In this document: one piece after another, positions 25,514 to 44,060 of the stretch
Numbering within the stretch: the first letter of the stretch is position 1
Layout of the letters: the number at the start of each line of letters is the position of its first letter
NCBI GenBank assembly: GCA_951406725.2
Contig: OX597840.1
Span: 22,506,001-22,570,000 of the forward strand
DNA length: 64,000 nt
Source: Octopus vulgaris
Taxonomy: Eukaryota
Direction: 5' to 3'
Made by a program: the position numbers and the translations under genes
The notes under the pieces: model-generated
What the model saw: only the letters and a program-made list of their open reading frames with translations
Databases searched by the model: none
What the model was told of the DNA's origin: nothing

Positions 25514-27351
25514 TGCTTGTCAAGAGCAGGGCTCATTAGCCACCAACGGAGCCGCAAATGCAAAATATAAGTTAGTCCTAGAGCGCACAATGTTCATGAA
25601 GGTCGGCAATGGTTTTCCTCGGTCACGAGTGGACGGCCATTATTATTATTATGTATTCATATATATATATATTTATGCCCGCGCACCGTCTTTAGTCAAA
25701 CAAAACGTACTCTAGGACTTATTCTGTGGAATGCTAGTACTCATTCTAACCGTTACGTTACGGCAGCGTATGTGTGGACTGTGCTCAAACACGCACAAAC
25801 ACACATACGTCCGAACACACACACACATAGATACATGCAAAGATGCACACTTGTAGGTATTTATGCTTTAAATATGTTGACTTTAAAACTTTGACATTCT
25901 GAAGAAATTAAATGAGTGTGTTTGTAAGCCAATATGTGTGTGTGTGTGCTTTAATTTCTGTGTCTGTGTTTGCGCGCACCTGTGTGACAGAGTGTTTCCG
26001 GTTCAATGTTTGTGCCTGAGTGTGTGTGTGTGTGAATGAGTGAGTGTGTACATGTGTGTTTTCATTGCTAGGTGTGTGAGCTTGTAACTGTGTTTTCATT
26101 TCTGTGTGTGAGTATGTGTGATTATTTTCATTTCCGTGCGTGTGTGTGAGTGAATGTAATTATTTCTATGTGTTCGAGTTTGTGCGTTTGTGAGTGTGTA
26201 ACTGTGTGTTTTCATTTCTGTGTTTGTGCGTGTGTGTGAGTGAGTGTTTTCATTTCTGTGTTGGAAATAGGTCAGATAGCAATATCAATCAGGATACGTT
26301 GAAGTGACCCCTGACCTGTTGGGAGTTTGGTAATTTGGTGCACTACGTTCATTGACAAGTGTTGATATGTGCGTGTGGAAAACTGGAAATGATCTTACGA
26401 TCTCTTGTATTTTATCTTTGATCTGTTTTACAGATCCAGGTACTGTGTGCGCATACGTTTGTGTGTGAGTGAATGTATTTATTTCTATGTGTTCGAGTGT
26501 GTGCGTTTGTGTTCCTCCTACTACTACTACAGTCTACCTATCTCTCTCTCTCTCTCTCTCTCTACCACCACCACTATCATTCGTACACTGTAACCGCTCA
26601 CCACCACTCCCACCATCATTATACAGTCGCTATCACCACCCCATCAGTAGAGTAACTTCTCCCCACCACTATCACCATCATCGGTACACCGGTATCTCCC
26701 GCCAGCCCCACATCAGTTCTGAGTAACTTTCACCACAACCACAACAGTCACCATCACCACCCTCATCGGTACAGAGTGTTCTATCACGACATTATCTCTC
26801 ACCACACCACAACACCGTCACCACCATCAGTACAGAGTGACTTCATCTCACCACGACGCACTTTTTACCTTTTACTACCACCACCATCAGCAGCAGCTCT
26901 TAGTGCAATGTTTAAAAGCCATTATCAAACTCACTACAAGGATTATTATGTTGCTATCTCTTCCGCTCGTGTGTCCAAATGGTCACCCTGTCGTGGACTT
27001 GGGCCAGTTCCTTACCTCCACCTTGGACAATGAAAAGGTCAGTATATTACACATTTAAATACATATAAACATTGTAAACAACACGGTTTTAGTTTGTTTC
27101 CTTATGGTGCGTGGTTTTTGCTGAAATCCGCGTTGTCGATCATGTTTAAAACCCCTACTTCTACAGTCTTTACTGAACCAGTAGGTGGATTATGGGTGAT
27201 CGGAGAGACGTTCCAACCGTGACCGATCGGAAAACTATGTCATCGATGTATATGGCTCTTTCTATACATATATATGACAATTTTTCCAAGGACAATGGTT
27301 AAAATTCAAACTTGTTTTATTTTATTGTTTTTTTTTTAATATATTTTACAT

Positions 27352-27747
27352 GCGCAGGAGTGGCTGTGTGGTAAGTAGCTTGCTAACCAACCACATGGTT
27401 CCGGGTTCAGTCCCACTGCGTGGCATCTTGGGCAAGTGTATTCTGCTATAGCCCCGGGCCGACCAATGCCTTGTGAGTGGATTTGGTAGACGGAAACTGA
27501 AAGAATCCTGTCGTATATATGTATATATGTATGTATGTGTGTGTGTCTGTGTTTGTCCCCCTAGCATTGCTTGACAACCGATGCTGATGTGTTTACGTCC
27601 CCGTCACTTAGCGGTTCGGCAAAAGAGACCAATAGAATAAGTACTGGGCTTACAAAGAATAAGTCCCGGGGTCGATTTACTCGACTAAAGGCGGTGCTCC
27701 AGCATGGCCGCAGTCAAATGATTGAAACAAGTAAAAGAGTAAAGAGT
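27352..27747 (+). mobile_element. Young full-length tRNA-derived SINE
   Basis: gcgcaggagtggctgtgtggtaag (A box) ... ccgggttcagtccc (B box) ... tail (aaagagt)n. Absent at the paralogous site 23490. ATGC on both sides (27350-53, 27748-51). Confidence 0.92.
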
Positions 27748-27964
27748 ATGCATACATATATAATACAATGTGCATGCATGTACATATTTATACACAAATA
27801 TACACAACATACGGCACACACATACACAGACACGTGTACACACATATACATCTACACATATGTACATACGTATCAAACAATGTACGCTCGCACGGTTATA
27901 TATAACTGCATATATGTATTTTAGTACCATGCATTTCAACATTTATGCATGGATTACTACATGT

Positions 27965-28002
<38 letters not shown>

Positions 28003-28162
28003 GCTTATAGAATACTTGTTCTAAACGATTATCAAGAACACACACTCACACATGAATCATAAACTCCGTATTTTTGTACGTGTTCCGCAAAAAAAAAAAC
28101 AGAAGAAAATAAGCTGTAAATGTATCTATTTTACAATTTATGAACCAAGCAAATACGAAACT

Positions 28163-28308
28163 ATGGCGGCTAAAAACTGGTGTCTGACTTTTCGCAAAGC
28201 ATTGTGGGATTGTTGTCGTATGCTTTTCAATGGCGACGGTCTCTGTTTTTTTATTGAATTTTCGTCTTTGAATGTTTTTCCTGCAGCTAACAATTATGAA
28301 AGAAGTAG
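28163..28308 (+). other. Candidate first exon / promoter-proximal region of a host gene
   Basis: Non-repetitive, locally CpG-richer segment with ATGGCGGC and ATGGCGAC (YY1/initiator-like) and a strong donor AG|GTAAGA at 28309. The frame MAAKNWCL... is open to the donor but not recognisable. Confidence 0.35.
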
Positions 28309-30294
28309 GTAAGAAATTATTATTATTGTTATTGTTAATATCTAGAAAAAATAAGTGAGAGTAGTTGGTGACGATGTAAAGAGAAAAGCTGAAGGAAGTC
28401 TGTTGTGACGGAAGGCCGCTCGGTTTTCATTTTATTTAGTGGCAAAATGTATAAAAAGTTTGGAGTTGAGGTTCATAATTAAGATGTTGGTTAAAACGAA
28501 AGATTATCTTTCGTTTCTAGTAGACCTTTCCGTCGATTTCGTAAAAAACTTTTATTTTTTTTTACATATGGGTTTGCGGGAACTTTTGAAGTAATGAGAG
28601 CGAAAGAGACTAAGAGGAAGCGATTGTATGAGGAGGGAATTTCTTTTTGAAGTTACCGCGAATGGGAAGCTTTGATGTACATGTGTGTGTGTGTGTGTGT
28701 GTGTGTTTGATGGGGTGTGCGAGACAGAAAGTATGTTGTGTAAGTGAAGTGCTTCTGTTAGTGTGTGTGAAGAGACAGAGAGAGATAACTGAAATTTTTT
28801 ACTCGGTGTATGTGTATATGTATGTATGCATGTATGTGTGTGTGTGTGTATGTATCTATCTATGTATGTGTGTGTGTGTGTGTATGTATGTATGGCCGAT
28901 TCAGTGTTTACATTATTTCGAGTTAAAACGAGAGATTACCTTTGCCTGTTTATGTAACGGTCTGCTATGTAGAAAACAATGAGGTTGACTCAATGGAATA
29001 ATGACATTGATCGAAGATATAGACACATTTTTTTTTATTTAATCGTTATACATGCCTTGTCGACTGCTATTGTGCAGCCTTAATGTCTCTGTTGATGTGA
29101 CGATGGTGATATGGTAAGAAAAAGACGGGAGAGTTATAAAATGAGGAGGAGATATTCTTCTCATGAGAAAAGAGTTGCATGCAAAGGAAAAAAAAAGTTA
29201 AGTCTATAGATGTGCACAGAAACTGGGTGCAAGCATGCATATATATGCATGTAACATGAGACATGTAAAAGTTTCCATTTGCATAATACTTGGCTGCTTG
29301 TCACTTCAAATAAAGAGTATTGAACTGATATTAAAGCCAAAATTTTCCTTTCGCTACTATTAGGAAGTTTTTCATTTTTACTTTCAGAGTTAAAAAATGA
29401 ATGATTACACTTATTTGTTTACATGCGAACTTTTGTTTATTTTATATCCTTCTATATGTTGGATATGCAAATTTCACGAAGCGGGGATAGACACAACTGT
29501 CTTCACACAACCCACTTCAGATTACTCTACTAAACACAATACTTCTAATAAATATAAACTCTGAACAATGTCAACAACTTCCATGAACTCCCAATGACTC
29601 TCTTTGTCTCAACCAATATGCTAATTTTTTTATAAGAGTTTTGCTAGTCCATTCTTCCAATCCCATAGGGGTGCCAATGACTCTCACCACAACAGTTTAT
29701 ACATGTAGACTTTTCTTTATACATGTAGATTTTACCAAGCAAGTAGCCCATGCGAAGCTTCACCTATATGTAAGTACATAATTTTTTTGTTAAATTAAGT
29801 TTTCTGTTAGTTAACCATAGCTGTTTGTAAATTGAACAACTGTTTCTCTGTGTATATTGAACAATTTCCATAAGACATATATGTTTGCAAATTTAAAATA
29901 TGTTTGTTTCCCAATGCCATGGTTTAGGGTCTAGTTCTACTGTGTGGCATTTTGGGCAAGAGTCTTCGACTATAGGTAGGGACCAACAAATGCATTTTTA
30001 GTGAAAGTGGTTGATGGGAACTATATGAAGCTTATTGCATGTGTGTGTATACACCATATCAATTATGTGATGCATGTTATAGGTAACTGTTGACAAAAAG
30101 TGCAAAATACTCATTGAAAAATCAAAATAATTTAGAGTAATGTCAAGAAGGGATGTGGAATGGATAGTGAAAGGTCTGGCTTGGAAGGTGTCCCACAGTA
30201 TTGCTGCCTGGGCCTATGTGTCATCTTGCTACTGCAAGAGAGTACAGACCATTGAATGTTTGTGAAATATTGGCATCTAAGATTATGAACTCTT

Positions 30295-30560
30295 TGGATT
30301 TACTGATTACCTTGATGTCAGTGAGATTGCCATTGTCAAACAAGAGATTTGTTACCTTAGTAAGTGTCTACCCTCCAACCATGTGTTCCTCTGAAGAGAA
30401 AAAAAGGACTAATATTTTATCTTTCATGAAAAAAGCTTCTGTGCAGTATTCTTTCTGCTTATAAAATCTTCATACTTGGTGATTTCAGAGATAAAAAAAA
30501 TTGGGATATAATTGGGAAACATGAAGCCAGAAAATGCAATAGTAATGGCTTGTTTAGTAC
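30295..30560 (+). pseudogene. Old RTE-type APE endonuclease remnant
   Basis: LMSVRLPLSNKRFVTLVSVYPPTMCSSEEKK, followed in shifted frames by ILGDF and IGKH...CNSNGL. Confidence 0.65.
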
Positions 30561-31039
30561 TGCAAATGTGTTCGATTTTTGCATATACTGGGTAACTGTC
30601 AATCTCCTAGTGTGGAGCATGCTGTATTTGAGCACCAAATATGTGGGAGTATTTATGTGATCAAGATGAAAGGCAATTAGGTCTCATTAATTTCTGTTTG
30701 GTGAGTTGGCCCTGAGGAAAAATCTAGGGAACAAATTGAAATTAAGGCATGAATGCATTAGAGACACTTAGAGGATCTAGATCAAATTAGAGACAGTGAA
30801 AACATCACTAAGTTTTTGATGGAAAAAATTGTTTCATGTTGGAATGAGTGAATTTGAATGAATGTCAATAAAATCTTAGTGTGCATGAAAAGCTTGAGAG
30901 AGATTTTTGAAAAGGTCTTAATATTAATGTTTCCATTGTGTTTTGCTTCAAAAACTACATAGACATGACAGAATTAAATAGACATCCTTATAATTGTTAA
31001 AATTTATTTAAATTATTTATTAATTATTATAATGTGAAT

Positions 31040-32040
31040 ATCTAATATTTAGTAGACAGGCTCCTTGCATTTTTGAATGCAAGGACCCTAGCAGGCATGC
31101 TACTGATCTGATGAATATTCTCTTCATGATTTTCTTGCCAAGTTTCTTGCAGTAATATCAAAAGATCTGGCTTTAAGGATGCTTTCTTTTTCTTTTTAGG
31201 AAGTATCCCATCCATCATGCCTCAGATGTGTTCAGTAGGGTTCATATCTGGTGATTGGCTTAGCTATGGAAGCTTTTTAATGCCATTCTCTTCCAACCAA
31301 TCCTGGGTCTTTTAGTTGTGCAAGAAAGCCCTATCTTCCATAAATAGTGTTATTTAATCATTTTACTCCTGGAGGTTATAGGAAGAAGATTTTTCTATAA
31401 TATGGACACATATTTATCTGAGTTTATGTATCCCTCACATTCCACCATTTCTGATTGACTATTGCTCCAAACTGCTCTCTAGACCATCACATGTTTCATT
31501 GTTGGCTGCAATATATTCACGTGAAAATATTGGTGACTGATTCTCCAGACCCACATTCGATCAGTGTCAGAAAATACAGCAAATCTGGATTCATCAGAGG
31601 ATTTGACTGTGTCCCAAAGTGCTAGTGACCTCTCTACCATTTCACTTGTCCAATCTTTTCTCCATTTGATATTGGCTGGTCGAAGCAGTGTCTTCTTTCT
31701 TGCTGCTCTGCCATAATAGCCAATTTTGCGGAGATAACTGACAGCTATTCTGGGACTGACATCAACTTATTCTGCTATATTGGAGGCCTTGCAATGAGGA
31801 TTATCTTACACACTTCTCTTAAGAAAGCAAAGTGTTGTCAGAGGGCCTTAGTCTACCTGGGTAAGGTGATATGGACTACTTTCCCGTTTAGTGAATTGAA
31901 AAATTACTCTATTTACTGTAGAAAGTAGAATCACAATGTTTTCTGTGGTTTTAGGCTAAGTCAGCCTTGAAATAGGTGCAGCATATGGCCTCTTTGTAAA
32001 TTGGACATTTTTAAGGCTTCTTTTGTACATGGCATGATTA
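31040..32040 (-). pseudogene. Decayed Tc1/mariner transposase
   Basis: Minus-strand motifs SDESRF (~31583-31600), VMV*RAV, LFMEDRAFLH (~31317-31346) and SQSPDMNP.EHI (~31225-31262) correspond to the DD34E catalytic blocks. Many stops. Confidence 0.75.
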
Positions 32041-32894
32041 AACAGTTACATATAGAACCTGAAACATATAAATGTCAATTAATAAAAAAAATATAAACCT
32101 CTTCAAGTTATAATAACAATGTGTTAATGGGTATCTATTTACTTTTGTCATGTTTGTGTACAAATGTATCATTTGTTACAACTGCACTTTGAAAGAAAAA
32201 GAAAACCTTTAGTAGAAAATTAGCATTAGCTACGACAACGTTACCCAACTATTAAATCTTATATTTTTCAAACTCATGCTAGGATGGAAAAATGAACGTA
32301 GGTATGAGACTTATTTTTACACATGTATTGATGCATATAAAACATGAAATTATGTTGTCTACATACTTAAATACTTGCAATTAATTCATTGTAAGAACAT
32401 AGAATTTTGACAGGTTTTCTTGAGTTGTTGCTCATCTACAATAATCTGATAAATTTGAGGTTATTGTTGGTTGCATAAGATTGTCACTGAATTTTCTCTC
32501 GACAGAAATATCTAATCATTTTATCCATACTAGCATGGGTTGTGTGTGTCATGTTGATATCTGTTTCAGTTTAATTCCCTCTGCAATAGTTTCTTTTTTT
32601 TGTGTTTATGCAATATGGTACTCTCATAAAATACAGTTGTCTCTTGCCTTACACAGTATTCTGTTTCTTAGTTCACTTTTGCACAATTTTGCTCATTTTC
32701 CTCTATTTGTTTCTTTTTGTTTTTACAAATATAGAAGTAGTACTTGCTTCAGTTTCTCATTATATTTTGTTAAATATTTTTGAATTTGAAATATTAAAAT
32801 TGATTTCACTGGAAATGAAAATTCAATGTATAAAATTAACTTTAAACTAGATGTTCAGCATCAAATGCAAAAGTTTTACAAAAAGAATTGTCCT

Positions 32895-33750
32895 CATCAT
32901 CATCATCATCATTTAATGTCCATTTTCTATGCTGGCTTGGGTTGGACAGTTTCATCAGGGCTGTAAGCTGAGGGTCTGCAGCAGACTCCAGTCTTGATTT
33001 GTCATTGTTTCTATGGCTGGATGCCCTTCTTAACATCAAGCACTCCATGAGTGTTGTGGGCAGGGGTTGTGAAAAAATTAATTGATGGGAAATTAATTAC
33101 AATATATTGTCTTCTAAGGCACGGCATGTCATGAAAGGTGTCAGTCATTAGTCATTGCCTTTATAAGTTCCAACAGTCAAAGATCATGCATTACCACCTT
33201 GTCCAATGCCTTCTTATATGTCTACTTCTTCTGCCATGTAGCATAGTTGTCTGCACAGGTATAATAAATCTGGCTTTCACTCTGAAGGAGAGACCCTTAG
33301 TTACTAAACAGAGGAAGGAGCTCTCTGAATTTGCTCAGCCTATTTTTATTCTTGCAGCCTCACTCTTGGTTCATCCACCTCTGCTACTGACTTTGTTGCT
33401 CAACAATCTTTATCGTACTCCTCTGGTATTTGATGAAGCCCATTTTCTGTACACTTTTAGTGTTTACTGTACATGTGCACCTTCCACATGCAAAAAATAT
33501 TTTCCCAGTTTACCTTCCTCTGATATTGCTACACCTATTATGTGTTATACAGAGTACATCTACCTACCTGTTTCCTTCATATTGAGGATGGCCATGTACC
33601 TGAAGGGCTTTACGATTTATCTGTTTTCCTACTTACTAAGACTTTGTGTTAGGGTTGGGTAGGTTAATTCTGTGACCTTTCAATTCTAGACCTTGCTTCC
33701 GTACGCACAATTTGTTCTCTAGTTCTGGTAGTGATTTAGCTATAAGAAGA
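32895..33750 (-). mobile_element. Decayed RTE LINE 3' portion (same family as 16703-18372)
   Basis: (cat)n tail at 32895-32912. Minus-strand AKFRELL...TKGLSFRVK near 33275-33340, and YPCSICR-like sequence. Confidence 0.75.
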
Positions 33751-34149
33751 AGCTCATTAGTAAATAAGTGTGAAAACTCTTTGCTTTCACAAACACTTTA
33801 TGTACACTGATTGAAGCAATGAAAAAGAAGGTCCTCGGTATACATGAAACGTGAAGGAAAATATTTGGATAATGAAACTAATAATGTATGGCTAATTGAA
33901 TGTAATGTAATAAATGATAATATATGAGTGTTCAGTTGTCATCCTCTATGCCCTCCCCAATTCCTTTGAGAGAAGCAAAGAAGACTAATAATATGTATTA
34001 AATGATTAACGAAAATAATAATTAGTGCAAGAGACCCTTAATCAATATTGACGGTGTGACGATCAAGGAGCAACGTGTCAGTTGTGCATCAGGCTTTTGT
34101 GTCAGTCTTTGCGAGTCTGGCAGAGCGACAAACAGGACAATTGCTGGAT

Positions 34150-35500
34150 GGAGGATAAACTGCATCAGGCAAGGGTCACTTTTGGAAAGCAGGGGTTTCA
34201 AGGGGTGTTGGGGTATGACCACTTGTGGTAAAGGTGGGGTAAGTTGGCGTGGCTCTGTGGGTAGGCGGTGAGATGCTTTTCTGGTCATGGTAATTTTGGA
34301 ATCGGGAAGTGGGCATTGGTGTTGCAGCTGCATGAGGTGCTGTTAAAGTCGGTTGAGAAGGTAGTCTCATCACTGGTGTTGGCGTAGGGAACGCATGTGG
34401 TCCAGACACCATGAGCAGTGGGCCATGGGGAAGAAGCAGTAGATACTTCCAGAGGAATTTTGTTGCACAGTGTGACTTGGCCTGATCCATCCACTCTCAA
34501 CATGTACAGATCGAAATGACGTACATCTAAATGGCACCAGTTTTCCCCCCATTTGTAGGATTGGGTCAAACTTGGCTCTGGATTAGGACATAGTTCGAAA
34601 GAAGTGAGCATGTGTGTTTTGACAACCGTTCAGTAGCACTCATGTTGTGTTTACGCAGGTCTTCTTTTCAATAAGTCATAGTTTCATGCCATGTGGAATG
34701 TAGCTTGTACTTGCCGGGATGGATGGGAATAAAGTATTGTATAGGGCTGCCAAAGATGCACATGGCTGGGGACAAGTGTGTGTCCCAGTCAGGTGTATTT
34801 CTTTATTGTAGCATTGTGCACTGGAAACTGTCAGTGTTAAGGAAGCCATTGGTGTCAGTGTTGTCTGTAACGAGGCCCTTTATTGTCTCAATACCGACTT
34901 TGGCGCGGCAGTTGTCATGGGGAAATGCAATGGCGGTGATTCTCCCCAATTGTGGAAGAAGGTACAATGTCAGCTCATAGCTGATAGGGCAGTGTTAAGT
35001 GCCTGTGCGCCATTCGATGCTCCTTTAAGATGGTTTTCCAGACCTGTTAGGACATACCACCATTGTCTGTCACCAATTGACAGATGTACCAATGGGAATA
35101 GGCTTGATAACTCCAAGTGGAACATTCCGGTCGAGACCTGCTTTTACTTCCTCTTGCCAATGAACCAGGACTGGTATGGGCGTATGGTGGGCGACTGGTT
35201 TAGCATTAAGCGGATCGGTTGGTCAGACATCTTGGAGAATTGCCGATGGTTGCAGACGTTGAATGTGCTGGAGCTGTAGTATTGTAGCAGCTACTTCCTC
35301 AGGCGACAACGTTTTTCCTCAGTGGCTGGGAATGGTAGTGTAGTTGGAGGAGGGGGTTGTATTTGTTGTAGGTGGCAGGTGCATACATTCTGTGTCATTG
35401 TTGCAGATGATCGATGAGGCTTGTCAGTACTCTCTCCCATGGATTGTTTACAGGCCAACTCATGGCACAATCAGGTGCAGGACAGGGTACGTTGGTCATA
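34150..35500 (-). pseudogene. Ty3/Gypsy LTR-retrotransposon pol (integrase-region) remnant
   Basis: Minus strand [56 protein letters not shown] (~34725-34895), followed by DVRHFDLYMLRVDGSGQVTLCN and a Pro/Thr-rich tail. These are typical of Gypsy integrase C-termini. Confidence 0.75.
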
Positions 35501-36593
35501 CTGACTCGCTTTTTGTCATAAATAAGTCTGACAACTGTTTGCTTTCACCAATATTTTATGCAGTCTGAAGCAATGAGTAAAGGGTCTTCAGTATACCTGA
35601 AATGTGAAGGGAAAGATGATGGATAATAAAATGAATAATATATGGCGAATTGAATGTAATGTAATAAATTGTAATATATGTGTGTTTAGTTGTAATCCTG
35701 TAATCAGCATAGAGGAGTTGCTAGGGTCTGCCTGTTTTATATTTATCTGTTATTACCTGAATGATTATGATACCAACAAAAGTCAAGTACATAGGTTTAT
35801 ACTTGGTTAGGTACTTCTCCTGGGGTTTCTTACCAGAAATATATCATGACTGGTGTTTCTTCCTGATACAAAACCAAATTGCATCTCATCTAGATTAAGT
35901 CTTTTCCTAATAAGTTGGGCTATGATCCTCTCCGTGATTTTCATCATCTGAAGAAATTAGTGCCAGTGCAAGCACTTTATTTTTAAAGCACACATCAGGC
36001 ATATGTTAACATATTAGCAATGAGAAAGCGCTCTAATCGATGTCTACCTATATACATACATATATGCAGGGTAGCCATGTACTTTCTCTACAGCGACACA
36101 CCTCTGCCTGTCTCTCTATCATACTACAGGTTAGGATGAAGCCACCTCTCTCACTACTAGCAGTCCACTCATCCTTGAAATTTACTTTTTAATTTTACTA
36201 GTGTCAGTGTTACCAAAACTTTTCTCAGACATAGAAACCATGTGAAAACAGACATTAGATGTACGTGTAGTAATTCATCTCAGATAGTGTGAAATAGTCC
36301 AACCCATGACAACATGAAAAACGAATGTTAAATGATGATGACACACATACACGTTAATTGTATTTCTTATATTAATTTCAATAATTAATTTGTTTCTATT
36401 TATAAATAAAAACAATTGATTTCGCATCAGAATGATTAGTTTGATGACTTGTGGAAGCAATGTACTGTGTAAATGTAAGGACAACTGTATTTATTAAACA
36501 AGTGTATATCATGATTCGACACAGATAAAACTTGACTTTCAAATGTTGGTTGATATTTTGCTTGTTGTTTGCATATCATGCCTTGTATTATAG

Positions 36594-36610
36594 ATCCCAA
36601 ATGGCCAAAG
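36594..36610 (+). other. Candidate 17-nt micro-exon (ATCCCAAATGGCCAAAG)
   Basis: T-rich acceptor ...ttgtattatAG and consensus donor AAG|GTAAGT. Contains ATG GCC AAA G. Confidence 0.25.
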
Positions 36611-36828
36611 GTAAGTGGTCTTTCTTATTTTGGTGTGGGTTTACTGTTAGGATTGGTTTTCAGAGTTTAGTCTATATTAGGGTCAGCTTGAGGATTTGTG
36701 AAGGGTTTTTAGAGAGAATAGTCAAGTAAGAGATCAAAGTTTGAACTAGAGGTTGGGATTTGGGGTGATGAGGAGAGTAGAGATTGAACAGGTTTATTTA
36801 TAGTGTTGATGACTGTTTTATATCGGGT

Positions 36829-37290
36829 TTAGCATTGAAAAGCAGGGATGGGGGCTGGGTGCTTGGATAAGATGCGGATGTCAGGTTGATCCAAGTTATC
36901 TCCATGGTGGTCTTTGGCATGTTGGTAGAGTATAGAAGACTGTTTTCTGTCGTCAAGTTGTCTTAAATGTTCATTTATCCGTTCCGCAATGCTCTTAGAC
37001 GTCTCTTCTATGTACATCATGTTCATGTCCTTACAAGCACCTTCTATGCATCTTATATTGTAAACTACATTTCGAGTTCTACAGTTAATACCAGGGCTAA
37101 TTCTACATGCCATGCAGTTATCAATTGTGCATATGGTATTCTTAAACGGGCATGTCCTTCATAATTGTGACCTGACGGAGTTCCTTGGCTTTTCAACAAT
37201 TTTAATGTTGAGTTTGGTCTCTTTCAGAGCTTTTCTAAATCTACGGGCTAGTTCTCCATGGGCTCTGGCCTCTACTAATATCACTCCTTG
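36829..37290 (-). pseudogene. Penelope-like element GIY-YIG endonuclease fragment
   Basis: C..C...NCRTRNVVYNIRC...C...MYIEETSKSIAERINEH...SILYQHAKDHH. This is the Penelope VVY...YIGET...R..EH signature preceded by the Cys-rich linker. Confidence 0.85.
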
Positions 37291-37383
37291 AATTTTTACT
37301 GGTGAGTGTGTATTTAATAATAAGGCACTAAAAGAGAAAGACTATCCCCAGACACAACAGAATATACACTGTTTTCGCTAATT

Positions 37384-37622
37384 ACTCTTTCACTCACTTT
37401 TGCTACTTTCAGTTATTTGACTGCGGCCATGTTGGAGCACCGCCTTCAGTCAAAGAAATAGAGCCCAGGACCTATTCTCTTTTGCCGAACCGTTCAGTTA
37501 CGGGTGCGTGAAAACAGCAGCATCGTTTGTCAAGCACTGTTCGATGGATAAAGAGGCATACAAACGTATATGTATATATATATATATATGTATGTATGTA
37601 TATATATATATATGTATGTATG

Positions 37623-37657
<35 letters not shown>

Positions 37658-37826
37658 ACACACACGATGGGCTTCATTTAGTTTCCGTCTACGAAATCTA
37701 TTCACAAGGCTTTGGTCACCCCGAGGCTATAGTTGAAGACACTTGTCCAAGGTTCCACGCAGTGGGACTGAACCCAGAACACAGTGGTTCGTAAGCAAGC
37801 TACTTATCACAAAGCCGCTCCTACGC

Positions 37827-37828
<2 letters not shown>
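37384..37828 (-). mobile_element. Full-length tRNA-derived SINE
   Basis: Reverse complement of the 27352-27747 element, ending gccgctcctacgcct. Confidence 0.8.
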
Positions 37829-37877
<49 letters not shown>

Positions 37878-37999
37878 CTATTTATAAAACTGAAATGCGA
37901 AAAGTTTGTTTGTTTGTTTGTCTGGAACGGTTTAAAGACCACTATATCCCGTCGGATTGACTCCAAAATTTACCGTTCGTGATCAATCATTCTCACAGA

Positions 38000-44060
<6,061 letters not shown>

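Larger units (their letters stand above)
21564..28000. repeat. Direct segmental duplication: 21564-23754 repeated at 25513-28000
   Basis: Near-identical sequence from atgcttgtcaagagcagggc to the (AG)n tract. Copy 2 has an extra SINE and lacks ~30 bp present at ~23112-23141. Confidence 0.92.

Noticed and set aside
27352-27425. tRNA-like sequence
   Set aside because: It is the SINE head. A and B boxes are present but there is no complete cloverleaf, and it continues into the SINE body.
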